Assembly (NCBI RefSeq): GCF_963921235.1
Contig: NC_086108.1
Coordinates: forward strand, 29,638,001 to 29,702,000
Length of the DNA stretch: 64,000 nucleotides
Direction of reading: 5' to 3'
Origin: Mobula hypostoma
Lineage: Eukaryota
Part shown: positions 1 through 12,020 of the stretch, one piece after another
Position numbering within the stretch: position 1 is the first letter of the stretch
Layout: the number at the start of each line of letters is the position of its first letter
Made by a program: the position numbers and the translations under genes
The notes under the pieces: model-generated
The model's database searches: none
The model's input: only the letters and a program-made list of their open reading frames with translations
What the model was told of the DNA's origin: nothing

Positions 1-835
1 AGGACATTGATACCAAGTTAGTCGATGCAGTGGACGGGAAGTAAGTACTCATCCTGATGTAATTAAACTGTGTGGAAAGTGGCTTTGCTGCATTGCTTGT
101 TAGGCAGGATGATCTACACCCACTGAATATGTCTGTTTCCCCCCAAATCCTTGACTATCCATAAACTGGCACCCCTTAAGTCTCCCAACCATTTTTAGTG
201 TCTTTCCAACCACCACTGGGCCTCCTTGTGATACCTTTTGACACTTGCACACCAAAACATATTCAGCCTACTCTCCAATCAACTTTAGAACCTTTAACCT
301 TCCTAGCCCTCATCTTGACCACCACTTGAATGCCATCCCCACCCCCCACCAACACTTATTGACCACCCTCCTTTGGTGAACATCAGCCAACAACTGCTCA
401 TCACCTTTGCCATTACCAATAGAATCCCCTGAACTATCATTTGTCTTCCATTTGTCCTACATCTCCCATCACAATCTCCACCTCCAGACCACTGGCTTTT
501 GGTCCAGATCAACATCAAAGCAGCTTCCATTCCCCTCAACCATCATCACTGACCCTTAACGATCACCAGTGGAGCCTCGGCAAAGAGGATACCATCCACA
601 TTATCTCCCACTAGACCTGGCTATTCCAGTAGGTTGTCTTCTAACCAAAGGGCCTTCAACCTGTTAGCCAGGGGATAGGACACAGACAGAAAGTAAATGT
701 TCAGAAGAACCACTGTTAAAAGCTGCATGGATGTTCAGAAAGCTTGGTTCCAAAACTCACATCACCCATTTCACTCCCAGTTTTCAAGGAACATGTGTCT
801 TCCCATAAGGGGTCCTGAGGCATTCAGAAATATGA

Positions 836-1532
836 GTTAAGTGGCCTAGTGGCTGCTATCTTACAGGACCAGAAACCTGTATTCAATTCTGACCTCTGGA
901 GCTCTCTGTGTGGAGTTTTCATGTTCTTCCTATGACTATGTGGGATCCCTCTGGGTGCTCTGATTTTCTCCCACACCCCTAAGCCATGCTATTGTCAGAT
1001 TAATTGGCTATTGCAAGTTCCAAAGGCGGTGTAAGATGCTCCTTCCCTCCACCAGCCTGCACATCACCCTCGGGCAAGGTGTAGCACCTGCTTAGCCCCC
1101 TGGATCAGGGTCATGTGAAGCCATGAGAGCAGGTGGCGGATAGTCGTATGAGCAGCTGATGCCCATCTCAAGTCCTGGTTATGTGATCACTGACTCCAGG
1201 CAGACAATCTCTGCAGAGTATTGATGATGGCTGAGGTCACCTGCCTTGTAAAGACACTGCCCAGGAGAAAGCAATGGCAAACCACTTTTGTAGAAAAATT
1301 TGCCAAGAACATTCAAGGTCACCATGATCGCCTGTACCGTATGACTGGCACATAATGATGATGATGAAGTTGACCCTAGTGTATATATAGGTGAGTGAAA
1401 CAATCTGGGAGAATTTGATGAGAATTTGGGGAGAATAAAGATTGGAATAATGCAGTATTAGTATTAATGAACAGTTAATAGCCAGAACAGACTCGATGGG
1501 CTGAAGGACCTATTTCCACACTATATCCCTCT
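836..1532 (+). mobile_element. HE1/V-SINE-like tRNA SINE with CR1-derived tail, interrupted at 1020-1366
   Basis: V-domain-like 'tgtgtggagttttcatgttcttcc...ctctgggtgctctgattttctcccaca' and CR1-type 3' end 'gatgggctgaaggacctatttccacactatat'. Boundaries approximate. Confidence 0.7.
1020..1366 (+). mobile_element. Non-autonomous element with RTE/BovB-type 3' end and (GAT)n tail
   Basis: TSD AAGTT at 1015-1019 and 1367-1371. 'ggagaaagcaatggcaaaccac...ttgccaagaa' resembles BovB/Bov-A/Sauria-SINE 3' ends. Ends in tgatgatgatg. Confidence 0.65.
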
Positions 1533-2229
1533 ATAATTCAATATTCTGGGTCTAAAATGAAAAAAAATATACATAATATGCAGCAGCTGAAACCAGCATA
1601 AATGAGCATAACAAGGAACAGCTAGTGAATCAATAGTAAAGAATGAAGCCGTTGTATGCTAAACTTTTGGATTCATAGTAAGTATTGGGAATGAGCCTGA
1701 GCAAAGGGGTATGGTGTTGATCTTTGAGCATACCCCTTAAAGAATAAGATGAACTGGTCTTACTTTATGATGCCTACTAGTGGCTCCTAGACTATGTGGT
1801 TGCCTCTCACACATTCTCCGAATTGGCCGAGCAAACCATTTGGTTCACAAATAATTGGAGATTGGGAATAAAAGCCAACGTACGTAGGCAGTGGTACCCA
1901 CAGGACACAATACATTGAGATGGGTAATTGGACCAATGGGCTTAAAGTTTCCACTGAAACTGAAACATACACTTGTGGCTCATAACTGACGTTCAAATAG
2001 TATGCTTTGCATTGTTAAGAGTGCGGGGCATAGGATTAACATAAATAAGGTGCAAACTGCTGTTGCATTCTGAAAGAGTAGGTGTTGGAGGAGACAAACC
2101 AGAAAGTCAGAGAATGCATTTTCATTCTGTGTTCTCCGAGCATCCTGAAGATTCCACTTCAGCTTCTGTTACTGAAGAGTCATAGTATAATAGTGTGACA
2201 TACAGTACCTGTCTGTTTTGTATCAACAG

Positions 2230-2362
2230 AGCTCTCAATACAAGTCACCTGAAAGCACTTAACATTGAAATGCTACCAGGCTACCATGATCCATATTCAG
2301 GCCGAATACTTACACGGGGAGAAATTGGCTGCTTCCTGAGCCATTATTACATCTGGAAAGAG
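2230..2362 (+). CDS. COLGALT2: Procollagen galactosyltransferase (GT25 family), fourth-from-last coding exon (133 nt)
   Basis: Acceptor ...ttttgtatcaacAG ends at 2229, donor GTAAGA at 2363. Encodes (x)[44 protein letters not shown], close to recalled vertebrate COLGALT2 ([18 protein letters not shown]...[10 protein letters not shown]). Upstream exons lie outside the window. Confidence 0.92.
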
Positions 2363-3329
2363 GTAAGAAGATGGATTCTAATTTGCGCACTCACGTGCTT
2401 CCGCTGCTTGGAAATTGACTTCATGTAAACTGTGTGTGCCGATATTCGCTGCACTTGGCTCAGTGCGAAAACATTCTATAAATTCAGAAATTGTTTTTTT
2501 TTGTTGAGATTAAGATTAGGATATTTTGTTGTTGAAAGTGTTGACCTGCCTCTCAGTTGCATCTGAATTGATCTGACCTGCTGGCAGGTTATATGGTCTC
2601 CCTTCCTGCCTATGAAATGGAAAATCAACCTCAGGGTGGCTCCCCTCTCTCACAGGCTTTCTTTTTATATTCACTATGAAGTGTTGCCCTGAGAGGAGCT
2701 AAACTATCACCTCAGGTCTTCTGTGGCTGATAGTTTTGACCACTGGAACCAATGGACTTTTTTAAAGACCATTTATGCATAACACACTTTCTGAGAACCT
2801 CAGTATGGCTTAATAAAGCCAACATTTGCTGTCCTTCACCCACAGCCCTTGTAAAGGTCATGGTGAGCTGCCTACTTGAACCATTGCAGTCTGTCTCATG
2901 GGAGCTCCAGGATATAGATCCAGGAATGATGAAGGACCAGTGATATTGTTCCAAATCAGAATGGTGTGCGACTTGGAGTGGAACCTGCAGGCGGTGTTGT
3001 CCACACACAACTGCTCCCTTTCTTGGTGGTACAGGTGGTGAGTTTAGGAGGTGCTGATAGATAGGCGGGATGTGCAAGTTGTAGATGCCACGTACTATGC
3101 ACTGCAGCCATTGGTGAAGAGAGCGGATGATTTTTAGGATGGTAGATGAGTGTGCTAATCAAGGAGTCTGTTTGATTCTGGCTGGTGTCAATCTTTTTTT
3201 GAGTTGTCGACCTCTGACCTACCCTTGCTTTAATGGTGATAGAGTTATGCAGCATGGACACAGGTCCCTCCTCCCACAGAAACTACATCAACCATCAACT
3301 GCCCATTTTTTTGCTGCTTCTATACCATT

Positions 3330-3562
3330 GCCATCACATTCTCCCCACATTCTCATGTGTTCCTACTACTAACCTACTACAAAAGAAGGGCAAACAATTG
3401 TGGCCAATTAAGCCAACAATTCACACAGCTTTGGGTTGGGAGGAAACTGGAGCACAAGAGGCAACCCCACATGATCGCCCAGACAGTCTCAGAGGTCAGG
3501 ACTGGACCTAGGTCTCTGGAGTTGGGAGACATTAGTGCTACTAGTTGCACCACTGTGCCACC
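3330..3562 (-). mobile_element. Decayed HE1/V-SINE-like element
   Basis: Reverse-complement V-SINE motifs 'ggccaattaagccaacaa...gttgggaggaaactggagcac...gcaccactgtgccacc'. Confidence 0.55.
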
Positions 3563-3948
3563 TATTCAATTAAGTTTGTCATGAGTGATATTGGTGGGGG
3601 GGTATTCGATGATGGAAGTGTTATTAAATGTCACTGGAAGTTGTTTGGAGAGGACTTTGCCCAAATTAGGATTGGTCACGGTTCACTGGATCTTGTCCAG
3701 TTCCTTGCCTTTTGTTTGTCTTCCATTGTGGATCCATCAATCCAATTCAAAGTGCTCATTACTTGGAATCTTTAGAGGTTAGCTGCTGACCAATGAACCA
3801 ACCACTGGGAGTTCCATTTATTACAATTATAGCCTGACCTAACTTGAAAACTTAGCGTGCCCCAGGGTAAACATAGCCTGTTTCATTATTTGCTTTCTAT
3901 TTAACTTTGGATTTTGATTGAAAAGAAGACGTGGGCCTCCTTATAGAA

Positions 3949-4140
3949 CAGGGGTAGGCAACCTTAAGCACAAATGATTTTCTAGCATGCGTTATTCATT
4001 AATTTGAGGCAAAACATAACTAGATGTATTTAAACCGATAATTCCCATATTTCAAGTCTTTTATGGCACTTATTTGGCCCACTGTTCGCTCATTAATACG
4101 TGATCTGGCCCACAGAGGCAAAAAATATTGCCGACCCCTG
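3949..4140. mobile_element. hAT-superfamily MITE
   Basis: TIRs CAGGGGTAGGCAA / TTGCCGACCCCTG. Perfect 8-bp TSD TTATAGAA at 3941-3948 and 4141-4148. Confidence 0.85.
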
Positions 4141-5004
4141 TTATAGAATTTGAGATAAATGCGACCTGAAATTATGAGATGTCTGAAACTGTACCATTTT
4201 CCATCATCTGCAGCTGAGTGAGTCTGATTGGAAACTTCTGCCAATATCATTCTGAAACCGGATGCTTGCACATGATTACAGGGAATGATAAATCGCTGAT
4301 CATCCATGACAACTTGGAGGAATTGCATGCTTTTTCTTGGGGCTCCCATTGGTAACAAAATTTGGAGAAAGTTCTGAGCAGGAGAAGATTTCCAGTCATA
4401 AATATCCATGACCCGTAGGTTGACGTTCAGTTCAGTGCTGAAAGTGTGCATTAATCTGTTATTATCTGTGATGCAACACAGATTGTAAATTTACAAAAGT
4501 AATGGCGAAGAATTTTTCTTTTGCAGTGTCTAATTTATTGGACACTGCCCTAGGCCATTAAGCAGAAGATGTAAATTTTAATCCCACTGTGATAATTGAC
4601 GAGTTTAAACCAAGGTAAATTTAAGTTACTCCAGAATTCAGTAATTCCTGATAAAAGTTGGTTTCGTGTATGGTAACCACAAAGCAAATGGATTCACATT
4701 AAACAAAAGAAAAATAATGGTTCATGGGATGATAGATTAGAGTTGCTGGGACAATTTTTTTCGAAAACCGAAGACAGAGTAGATTTGATAGAAGTGCACA
4801 GAATGATGAGGGGTCAGTACAGAGTAACCATTCCTTTTGCTGGATGAGTCGAGAACTAGAGATCATGTATAAAATAAAACAGGTGAGAATTAAAAGTGAT
4901 ATAAGGATTTTCTTTCATGCAGAATGTGATTTGAATCTGAAATGCACTGTTTGCAGATAATAGACATAGGATACATTGTGACCTATATGATACTGAGATA
5001 CATG

Positions 5005-5495
5005 CTAGGATGCACTGGGGCACATCATCAGTAATATAACTTGGGGTCACTGGATTTTTTGGGCCTTTCAACATCAGACACTCTCAGCCAGGTTTGTTCA
5101 AGCCCTGGCATGTGTCCCAGCAGCATTAGTTCATAGATCATACTTCTTGATCCATAGCTATCTGGAGACTTCTCAATGGCCTCTGTGACGGTCCTGATGG
5201 CCCTTTGCTTTGCAGCCCCTGTAATGCCAAGAGAGAGTAGGTTCTGCACAGTGAGAAACCAGATTAACCTTTACATCCCATGACTATAAACTGGAATTGT
5301 GCCCTCCGCCCCTGGTACTGCTCTACCAGCTCCTGGTACTTGGATTTCTTATGCTCAATCACCTCCTCTATCTGGTCTTCCCAAGGAACTGTCAGTTCAA
5401 CTATGACCACCTGCTTTGAGGTTTCTGACAGAACAACCATGTCAGGCCTCAGGGATGATAATGTGATGAAGTCAGAGAACTTTAATTGCTTGCGC
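5005..5495 (-). mobile_element. 3' fragment of a REL-endonuclease (HERO-like) non-LTR retrotransposon
   Basis: Minus strand reads KQLKFSDFITLSSLRPDMVVLSETSKQVVIVELTVPWEDQIEEVIEHKKSKYQELVEQY...GCKG then LGITGAAKQRAIRTVTEA, a PD-(D/E)xK-type RLE C-terminus, followed by a 3' UTR. Confidence 0.75.
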
Positions 5496-5719
5496 TACAA
5501 AAGAGGATTGGATAAATAAATTTGCAAGCTTCTGGATACTTAACCACAGGGTTGTTCTGGTAGAGAGTGGGGGTAGACCCAATGCGTTGAGTGACATTCC
5601 TTTACTGTGGCCATGCCATGATTAAACTTTTTCAGGGAAGGAAGTCTACCACTCTTACCTGGGTTTGCCTTTTCATGTTTGACACGTAGCTCTTAATGAC
5701 TCTTTTAAGGTTCTCTTAC

Positions 5720-6185
5720 CTTGCTGTCCTTGTCCTTCCTTCTGACTGGAACATACCTATTCTGTACTCTGTGCAATTGGTCATTAAACACCCTCCAAGT
5801 GTCGGATGTGGACAACGCAAAAACAGCTGTTCCCAATTATCTCTCCCTAGTTCCAGCCTAATGCTCTCGTAATTTGCCCTGCTCCAGTTTACTCCCCTCC
5901 TGCAAGGTCCATCATTATCCTTATCTCCACCTACCTAAGAATTTGAGGAGTTGTGGGCACTGTTCCCTAACTGCTCACCCGCTGAGAGGTTGATCATCTG
6001 GCCAGGCTTTTACCCAACACCAAATCCAGTATAGCCTCTCCTTTTGTTGGGACTATCTACATACTGATTTAAGAAACCCTCTTGGATGCACCTAACAAAT
6101 TCTGCCCTATCAAAACCTCTTGCACTAAGAAGGTTCTAGTTTATATTATGAAAGTTGAAAACCCCAATGGTAGCAACCAGATTGA
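5720..6185 (-). mobile_element. Old CR1 LINE fragment (endonuclease region), likely continuing at ~7766-8300
   Basis: CR1-like minus-strand motifs 'gttccctaactgctcacc...acccaacaccaaatccagtatagcctctcc...aagaaaccctcttggatgcacc'. Frame disrupted. Confidence 0.55.
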
Positions 6186-6189
6186 AAAA

Positions 6190-6920
6190 GGACCTAGTGC
6201 TTTCCCAGCATACCTGATGAATAAACTCCTATCGGGCTTCCAGCCGGGTACACTTATCCATTTTAATCGAAGTTTTGATAACAAACTCTGCCATCTTCAT
6301 CAGGGATGATGCCTGGGTATGTCTAGTTCAGTGGTATTTATACCCCCGTCGTCAGTCCCTCCTGATTGGTTAGTCCTCATCCAATCAGGTTTCCACTGTC
6401 CCACCTTGTTTACAATCAAATTCCAGTTCTTCCTTAGAATGAGGCCTTTGTCTTGGTTAAAATGCTTTTCCTCTTGTTTTATTTCAATGGCTTCCTTCAG
6501 CCGGTGACCCAAAAGCCATTGGCCCAGCACAGTAGTTTTGTGCTGTCAAAGTTAATCGTTGTGAATGCAATGTTCTGCTACAGCTGATTTCTCTGAGTAA
6601 CCCAAATGAATGTACCTCCTATGCTCCTCAAAGCGGGTTTCCACCGTGCGTCCCATCTGGCTGATATACGCTACTCCATATTCACAGGGATTCCTGTAAC
6701 CGCCAACCGTCCTGAGTCCCAGTTCATCTTTGATCTGCATAAGCTTACGGTAACACTTATGGGCTTGTGGAGTGTATTAATCCAGTATTTCTTCAGGATC
6801 TTGGCAATCCTTCCAGAAACTGTGGAAATATAGGGAAGACAGACGGTTATGACCTTCTGTCAGGTTCTTCCTCAGTGTTGGTTTCCTGGTTTTTCTGTCG
6901 GTCCTTTTAAGGTGAAGGAA
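6190..6920 (-). mobile_element. Penelope/Poseidon-type PLE 3' fragment (GIY-YIG endonuclease and 3' end)
   Basis: ORFs 6552-6740 (KDELGLRTVGGYRNPCEYGVAYISQMGRTVETRFEEH...SAVAEH) and 6300-6530 (RLKEAIEIK...FNQDKG) match Poseidon-type GIY-YIG motifs. Confidence 0.8.
6265..6307 (-). ncRNA. Degenerate hammerhead ribozyme motif at Poseidon PLE 3' end
   Basis: Minus strand ATCC-CTGATGA-A-GATGGCAG-AGT-TTGTTATC-AAAAC-TTC-GATT. Stem II can pair; GAAA is mutated to AAAA. Confidence 0.5.
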
Positions 6921-6980
6921 AGCAATGTATCTCAGTAAATAAATAAAAATTGTCCCCTCTGAGTGTCACTGTGACATTAT

Positions 6981-7765
6981 AAATAGGAAAACAGATTATT
7001 ATCTGAATGGTGGCCGATTAGGAAAAGGAGAGGTGCAACGAGACCTGGGTGTCATTATACACCAGTCATTGAAAGTGGACATGCAGGTACAGCAGGCGGT
7101 GAAAAAGGTGAATGGTATGCTGGCATTTATAGCGAGAGGATTCGAGTACAGGAGCGGGGAGGTACTACTGCAGTTGTATAAGGCCTTGGTGAGACCACAC
7201 CTGGAGTATTGTGTGCAGTTTTGGTCCCCTAATCTGAGGAAAGACATCTTTGCCATAGAGGGAGTACAAAGAAGGTTCACCAGATTGATTCCTGGGATGG
7301 CAGGACTTCCATATGAAGAAAGATGGATGAACTGGGCTTGTACTCATTGGAATTTAGAAGATTGAGGGGGGATCTGATTGAAACGTATAGGATCCTAAAG
7401 AGATTGGACAGGCTAGATGCAGGGGGATTGTTCCCGATGTTGGGGAAGTCCAGAACGAGGGGTCACAGTTTGAGGATAAGGGGGAAGCCTTTTAGGACCG
7501 AGATTAGGAAAAACTTCTTCACACAGAGAGTGGTGAATCTGTGGAATTCTCTGCCACAGGAAACAGTTGAGGCCAGTTCATTGGCTATATTTAAGAGGGA
7601 GTTAGATATGGCCCTTGTGGCTACAGGGGTCAGGGGGTATAGAGGGAAGGCTGGGGCGGGGTTCTGAGTTGGATGATCAGCCATGATCATAATAAATGGC
7701 GGTGCAGGCTCGAAGGGCCGAATGGCCTACTCCTGCACCTATTTTCTATGTTTCTATGTTTCTAT
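6981..7765 (+). mobile_element. Young 5'-truncated CR1 LINE with (TTTCTATG)n tail
   Basis: RT C-terminus (QRDLGVIIHQSLK...LYKALVRPHLEYCVQFWSP...RRLRGDLIETY) with one frameshift. Near-identical to the copy at 58839-60546. Confidence 0.92.
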
Positions 7766-8561
7766 TATCCCTGATTAGTAGAGCAACTCCCTACCTCCTC
7801 TTTTACCTTCCTCTCTATCTTTTCTAAAATATTGAATTCCTGGTACATCTAGCACGCATTTCTGGCCCTCTCTCAACCAAGTCTCTGTGTTGGCCACAGC
7901 TTCATGGTTGCATGTACTGATTTATGCACTGTGTTCCTCATCATTACTCATAATGCTCCTAGGATTAAAACACACATATTTCAAGTGATCCATCCTATTG
8001 TATCTATTACTTCTCCTGTCTGTTTTTACTTGTCCTGACATCTAACTTCATCTCCATCCCTCCACCTATCCACTTTCTGACCTGATGCTCGTGCTCCCAT
8101 ACCCCTGCCCAATGAGTTTAAACCCTCCCAAGTAAAATTAGCGAAGATTCCTGGCCAGGATATTGGTTCCCTTCCAGTTCAGGTGCAACATGTCCCTCTT
8201 GTACAGGTCAGCCCTGCCCCAGAGGAGGTTCTAATGATCCAAGAATCTGAAACGCTGCCCCCTGCACCAGTTCCTCAGCCACTCTTTCAGCTGTACTATT
8301 CAGTTGACAGGGAGAGAGACTAAAATGAAAATATAAAATACTACACATGCTGAAAATCTGAACAAAAAAATTGGTAAGTGCCAAAAATATTCAGAAGTTC
8401 AGGCAGTAGCTGCGGAAAGAGAAAGAGCTGTGGGAAGGTAAAAAAAATCCTTCATCAATAATGAGATGGAAGTGTTAATTAGAAAATGCAAACAGTTGTT
8501 GAAGACCTTAGAATGATTTACTCTGTAAGTGCCCCTTGTTGTTATTTTGGTCTTAATTTAG

Positions 8562-8632
8562 CAGGGGTTTCCAATTATTTTTATGCCGTGGACCCCTGCC
8601 ATTAACTGTGGACCCCGGGTTGGGAACCCCTG
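8562..8632. mobile_element. Small hAT-type MITE
   Basis: TIRs CAGGGGTTTCCAA / TTGGGAACCCCTG, with ATTTAG on both flanks. A related copy lies at 16156-16235. Confidence 0.65.
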
Positions 8633-10105
8633 ATTTAGATAGCAGAACAGTGCAAAATTGGTAAAGTCAAGATAGGTGAATGTATTACCTTTGCTTTGGT
8701 GCATAAATGTGAACTTTTTTTAAAAGCTCATTTATACTATGCATAATTGGAATTTACATTTTAAAGTTGGAGAATGGTTGATATTACCACTCACACATAC
8801 CATGGTCGCAGGCACTTTCTCCTCAGCTATGAGTTGCTTTTGACTTCAACAGGGCTTGGCATGGCAAGAGTCTTATGCAACCACTGATCAGAAGGTTTTC
8901 CATATCTGGTATACAATTAACTGTTTTGATAGAACTTGATAAAATATCCTCATTCACAGTTTTTAAAAATTAATGGATCTCAAATTTTGCTCTTTGCAGT
9001 TAAAATTACAGGGCTTGAACATCTAGACAGGTAACCACTCACCTCAGCCCTTCAACAAGTGCTGTGGTTGTTTGGTAAACAGAGAAAACAGCGCCATCTG
9101 TGCTTCAAGCACGGTATTGCTTGCATAAATGCTCCAGTTTCATCCAAGATGGGTTTTGGTTGACTTCAATGGCCAAGTATTTCCTCAGAACAATGAACAA
9201 CTGCTCAACTAACTACTAACTACTTGAGCTGGGAGGGATCTTCATCAACTAGCTTTGATCCATTTGTTGAGGCCCTACATAACAATTGGTCTCCCAGTAA
9301 AAAATCCCATGGAAATAAATAGTTAAGTCTATGTCTCAAGGCTGATCTGGCTCCGAGTAGCTTCAATGTCTCCAGTCTTCACCAGTATTCAAACGTTAAA
9401 CATACTATTGGAATTATCATCAATTTTCAAAATATTTTATAAATAAAATCAGAGAACTTCGAAAAAATTAAATTTACTAATTCAGTAATTAGTGTAGATG
9501 TAAATTCTATGAAACTTCATTATGAAGACAGAGCTATGCACTAAAATGAATAGTTACTGTGCCTGGACAGGAGTGATGGGAGGTTCCTACACTACTCTTG
9601 GATTAAAATTTTACAAAATGTCTTGTACTATTCCCACAGAACAATAAATGTCATTACATATATCAGTGATACGAAGTCAAATTCTGTTTGAGATTCAATG
9701 TCCGAGTGTGGTCAGAGTGGTTACAATGGCTTGCTGGGGAGAGCTTCGGATTTCAACCACACTCCTAGATGACATCCAGATCAAACCAGCTTTGAAAGTT
9801 GTTCTGAAACTGTCCCATCGAGGAAATTGTTTATTCTCTACCTACCCTTACAGATTTCGTTACTCTCTTGATCACCAAACTCAGCCCTGCTGTTTTCCCT
9901 CCCTCTGCTCACCCTACCCAGACCAGTTCCGCATTGGTCTACAATGGGTGCTTGATGCCTGGCACAAGCTCATTGAACAGAAGGTCTTCTTTCCGTGCTG
10001 GACTGGAAGGCTCTGAAGTTCTGTGATCCCTTAATCTTCTACACTCAAAGCAACGGAAGTCTGTCAGTGCTAAAACGTATTCTATGGTGGGTCTCCTTGT
10101 TTCAG

Positions 10106-10233
10106 GTCATCGACCGAGGGCTGAAGAAAGCTCTAGTCCTGGAAGACGATAATAGATTTAAACCACACTTTAGAAGAAAGATAACAAAGCTGATGGAAGA
10201 TATTGAGGATAACCAGCTGGATTGGGATCTCAT
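10106..10233 (+). CDS. COLGALT2: COLGALT coding exon (128 nt) with EDD and DWD motifs
   Basis: Acceptor tctccttgtttcAG ends at 10105, donor GTGAGT at 10234. Encodes VIDRGLKKALVLEDDNRFKPHFRRKITKLMEDIEDNQLDWDL(I). Phase joins correctly to both neighbouring exons. Confidence 0.92.
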
Positions 10234-11122
10234 GTGAGTATGATTGGATAAAAAAAACAGAGATTCAAAAGGCATATGATTGAATGATCCAGGATTTATG
10301 TATTTCATCACTATTTACTAGATTTCCACAGAACTAGCAATAATTTGTTTCCTTGTGTAATACATGAATACAATATCTGATGAGAGCTGTTCTCACTTGG
10401 AAAATCTTCTTCAGGAACATTTAGGAATCAAACAACCTGTCATAGTCGTGGCCATGGGCTCATACTTCACACATGGATTGCTAGAAATCTCCACCACAAT
10501 TTCTGGGAACATCCTGTCCCACTATGTCCTTCTGTGTGTGTGTGTGTATATTTATAAGCCTTTGTCTTTCTGTCTGTGTGTCTGTGTACGTACCTGTGTG
10601 TATCACTCCTCAGAGTTTAATTGATTAACTGGGGATCAAAATTATATGTTGAAACAACAAATGCAGTAACTTGTATGATATATTTTGAACACCCAAGCAC
10701 TGCTGTTAAAGAGCTTACGTACATACATTTTGAATTCAGGCTACATGCATCTTTACATAGACAGTACAGGTGTAGGGTGAAAGGTTTAGAAGCAATCTTT
10801 TCACTCAGAACGAAGCTGGAATTTGTAACATACTGCCTGAGTGAGTGCTAGAAGGAGGTATTCTCACAGCATTATCTAGATAACATGCAGAAGGGAACGG
10901 TAAATGGGGTTAGTATAGACGGGAGTTTGATGGGCAACTTGGACATAAAAGCTGGAGGGCCTCTTTCTGTGCCATATGAGGTTATGGCTCTATTAGAGAT
11001 TTGCATCTCGCTGTGTTATACAGGGTACACTTTCAGTTGATGCAGGATATATATTTAACTTGCAAAGATCTGCTCCTTGCATGCAAATTCACTCACATTT
11101 TCCTTTCTTGCTTTAACTTCAG

Positions 11123-11329
11123 CTACATTGGCCGGAAGAGAATGCAAGTGGAGCACCCGGAGAAGTCGGTGCCCGGCATTATGAACCTTGTGGAAGCAGA
11201 TTATTCCTACTGGACATTGGCTTATGTTATATCCCAGCAAGGAGCCGAAAAACTTCTCGCAGCAGAACCACTTGGGAAGATGTTGCCTGTGGATGAATTT
11301 CTGCCCATCATGTACGATAAACATCCCAT
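11123..11329 (+). CDS. COLGALT2: COLGALT penultimate coding exon (207 nt)
   Basis: Pyrimidine tract with AG ending at 11122, donor GTAAGT at 11330. Encodes [68 protein letters not shown](I). Confidence 0.93.
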
Positions 11330-11654
11330 GTAAGTGACTGACTGATGGCTGGGTGGTGAAAGTAGGTTCCAGTCATGAGAGGAACAACAGAGGATGTTCT
11401 AACCCAATATAATGCTGAGAATAATGGCATCAGAGATTAGAGATTTCATAATTTTCTCAGTAGAGATCGTTCCTCAGAGGTGCAGAGCGGAAGGAGCACT
11501 TAATAACAGTAGGGTACTGAAATGCCATCAATAGGCCTTCAATTTATATTTGGCCCATTTTGTCATCATCCTCGGTAGACCAAGAATTAATCCATGCAGA
11601 CTTGTTTGCTGCAGCCAAATTGTTTGATAAAGCATTTTCACACCTACAAGACAA

Positions 11655-12020
11655 AGTTGAGTTCAATGTAAAATAAACATGTATCCACAGGTGCAAATGA
11701 AAAGCTTACTTGCTGGAGCATCACAAGCAAATATGATCAGAGGCACAATATTCACAAGAAAAAAATAAACTAAACATATATTGTACAAAATTACACAAAA
11801 AAGAACACAACTAGAATAACAAAAAGCAGCCCATTGTGGTGAAAAGCGGTTAAAATGATCGCAGTTTTTATATTGAGGTAGTGATTAGTGTTGTGCAGAT
11901 TGGTTCACAAGTACCAAATGGATAAAGGAAAGAAGTTGTTCTTCAACTTGGTGCTGTGGGACTTCACCTTCTATAGCTCCTGCCACATGGTAGCTGATGG
12001 AAAATTGAGTGGTCCAGATC
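11655..12020 (-). mobile_element. Decayed Rex1/Babar 3' end
   Basis: Shares the Rex1 3' region motif 'aagttgttcttcaacttggtgctgtgggacttcaccttctatagctcctgcc' with other copies in the window. Confidence 0.55.

Noticed and set aside
11001..11122. N-terminal extensions of the ORF-track calls around COLGALT exons (also 2195, 9995)
   Set aside because: Intronic sequence upstream of clear splice acceptors.
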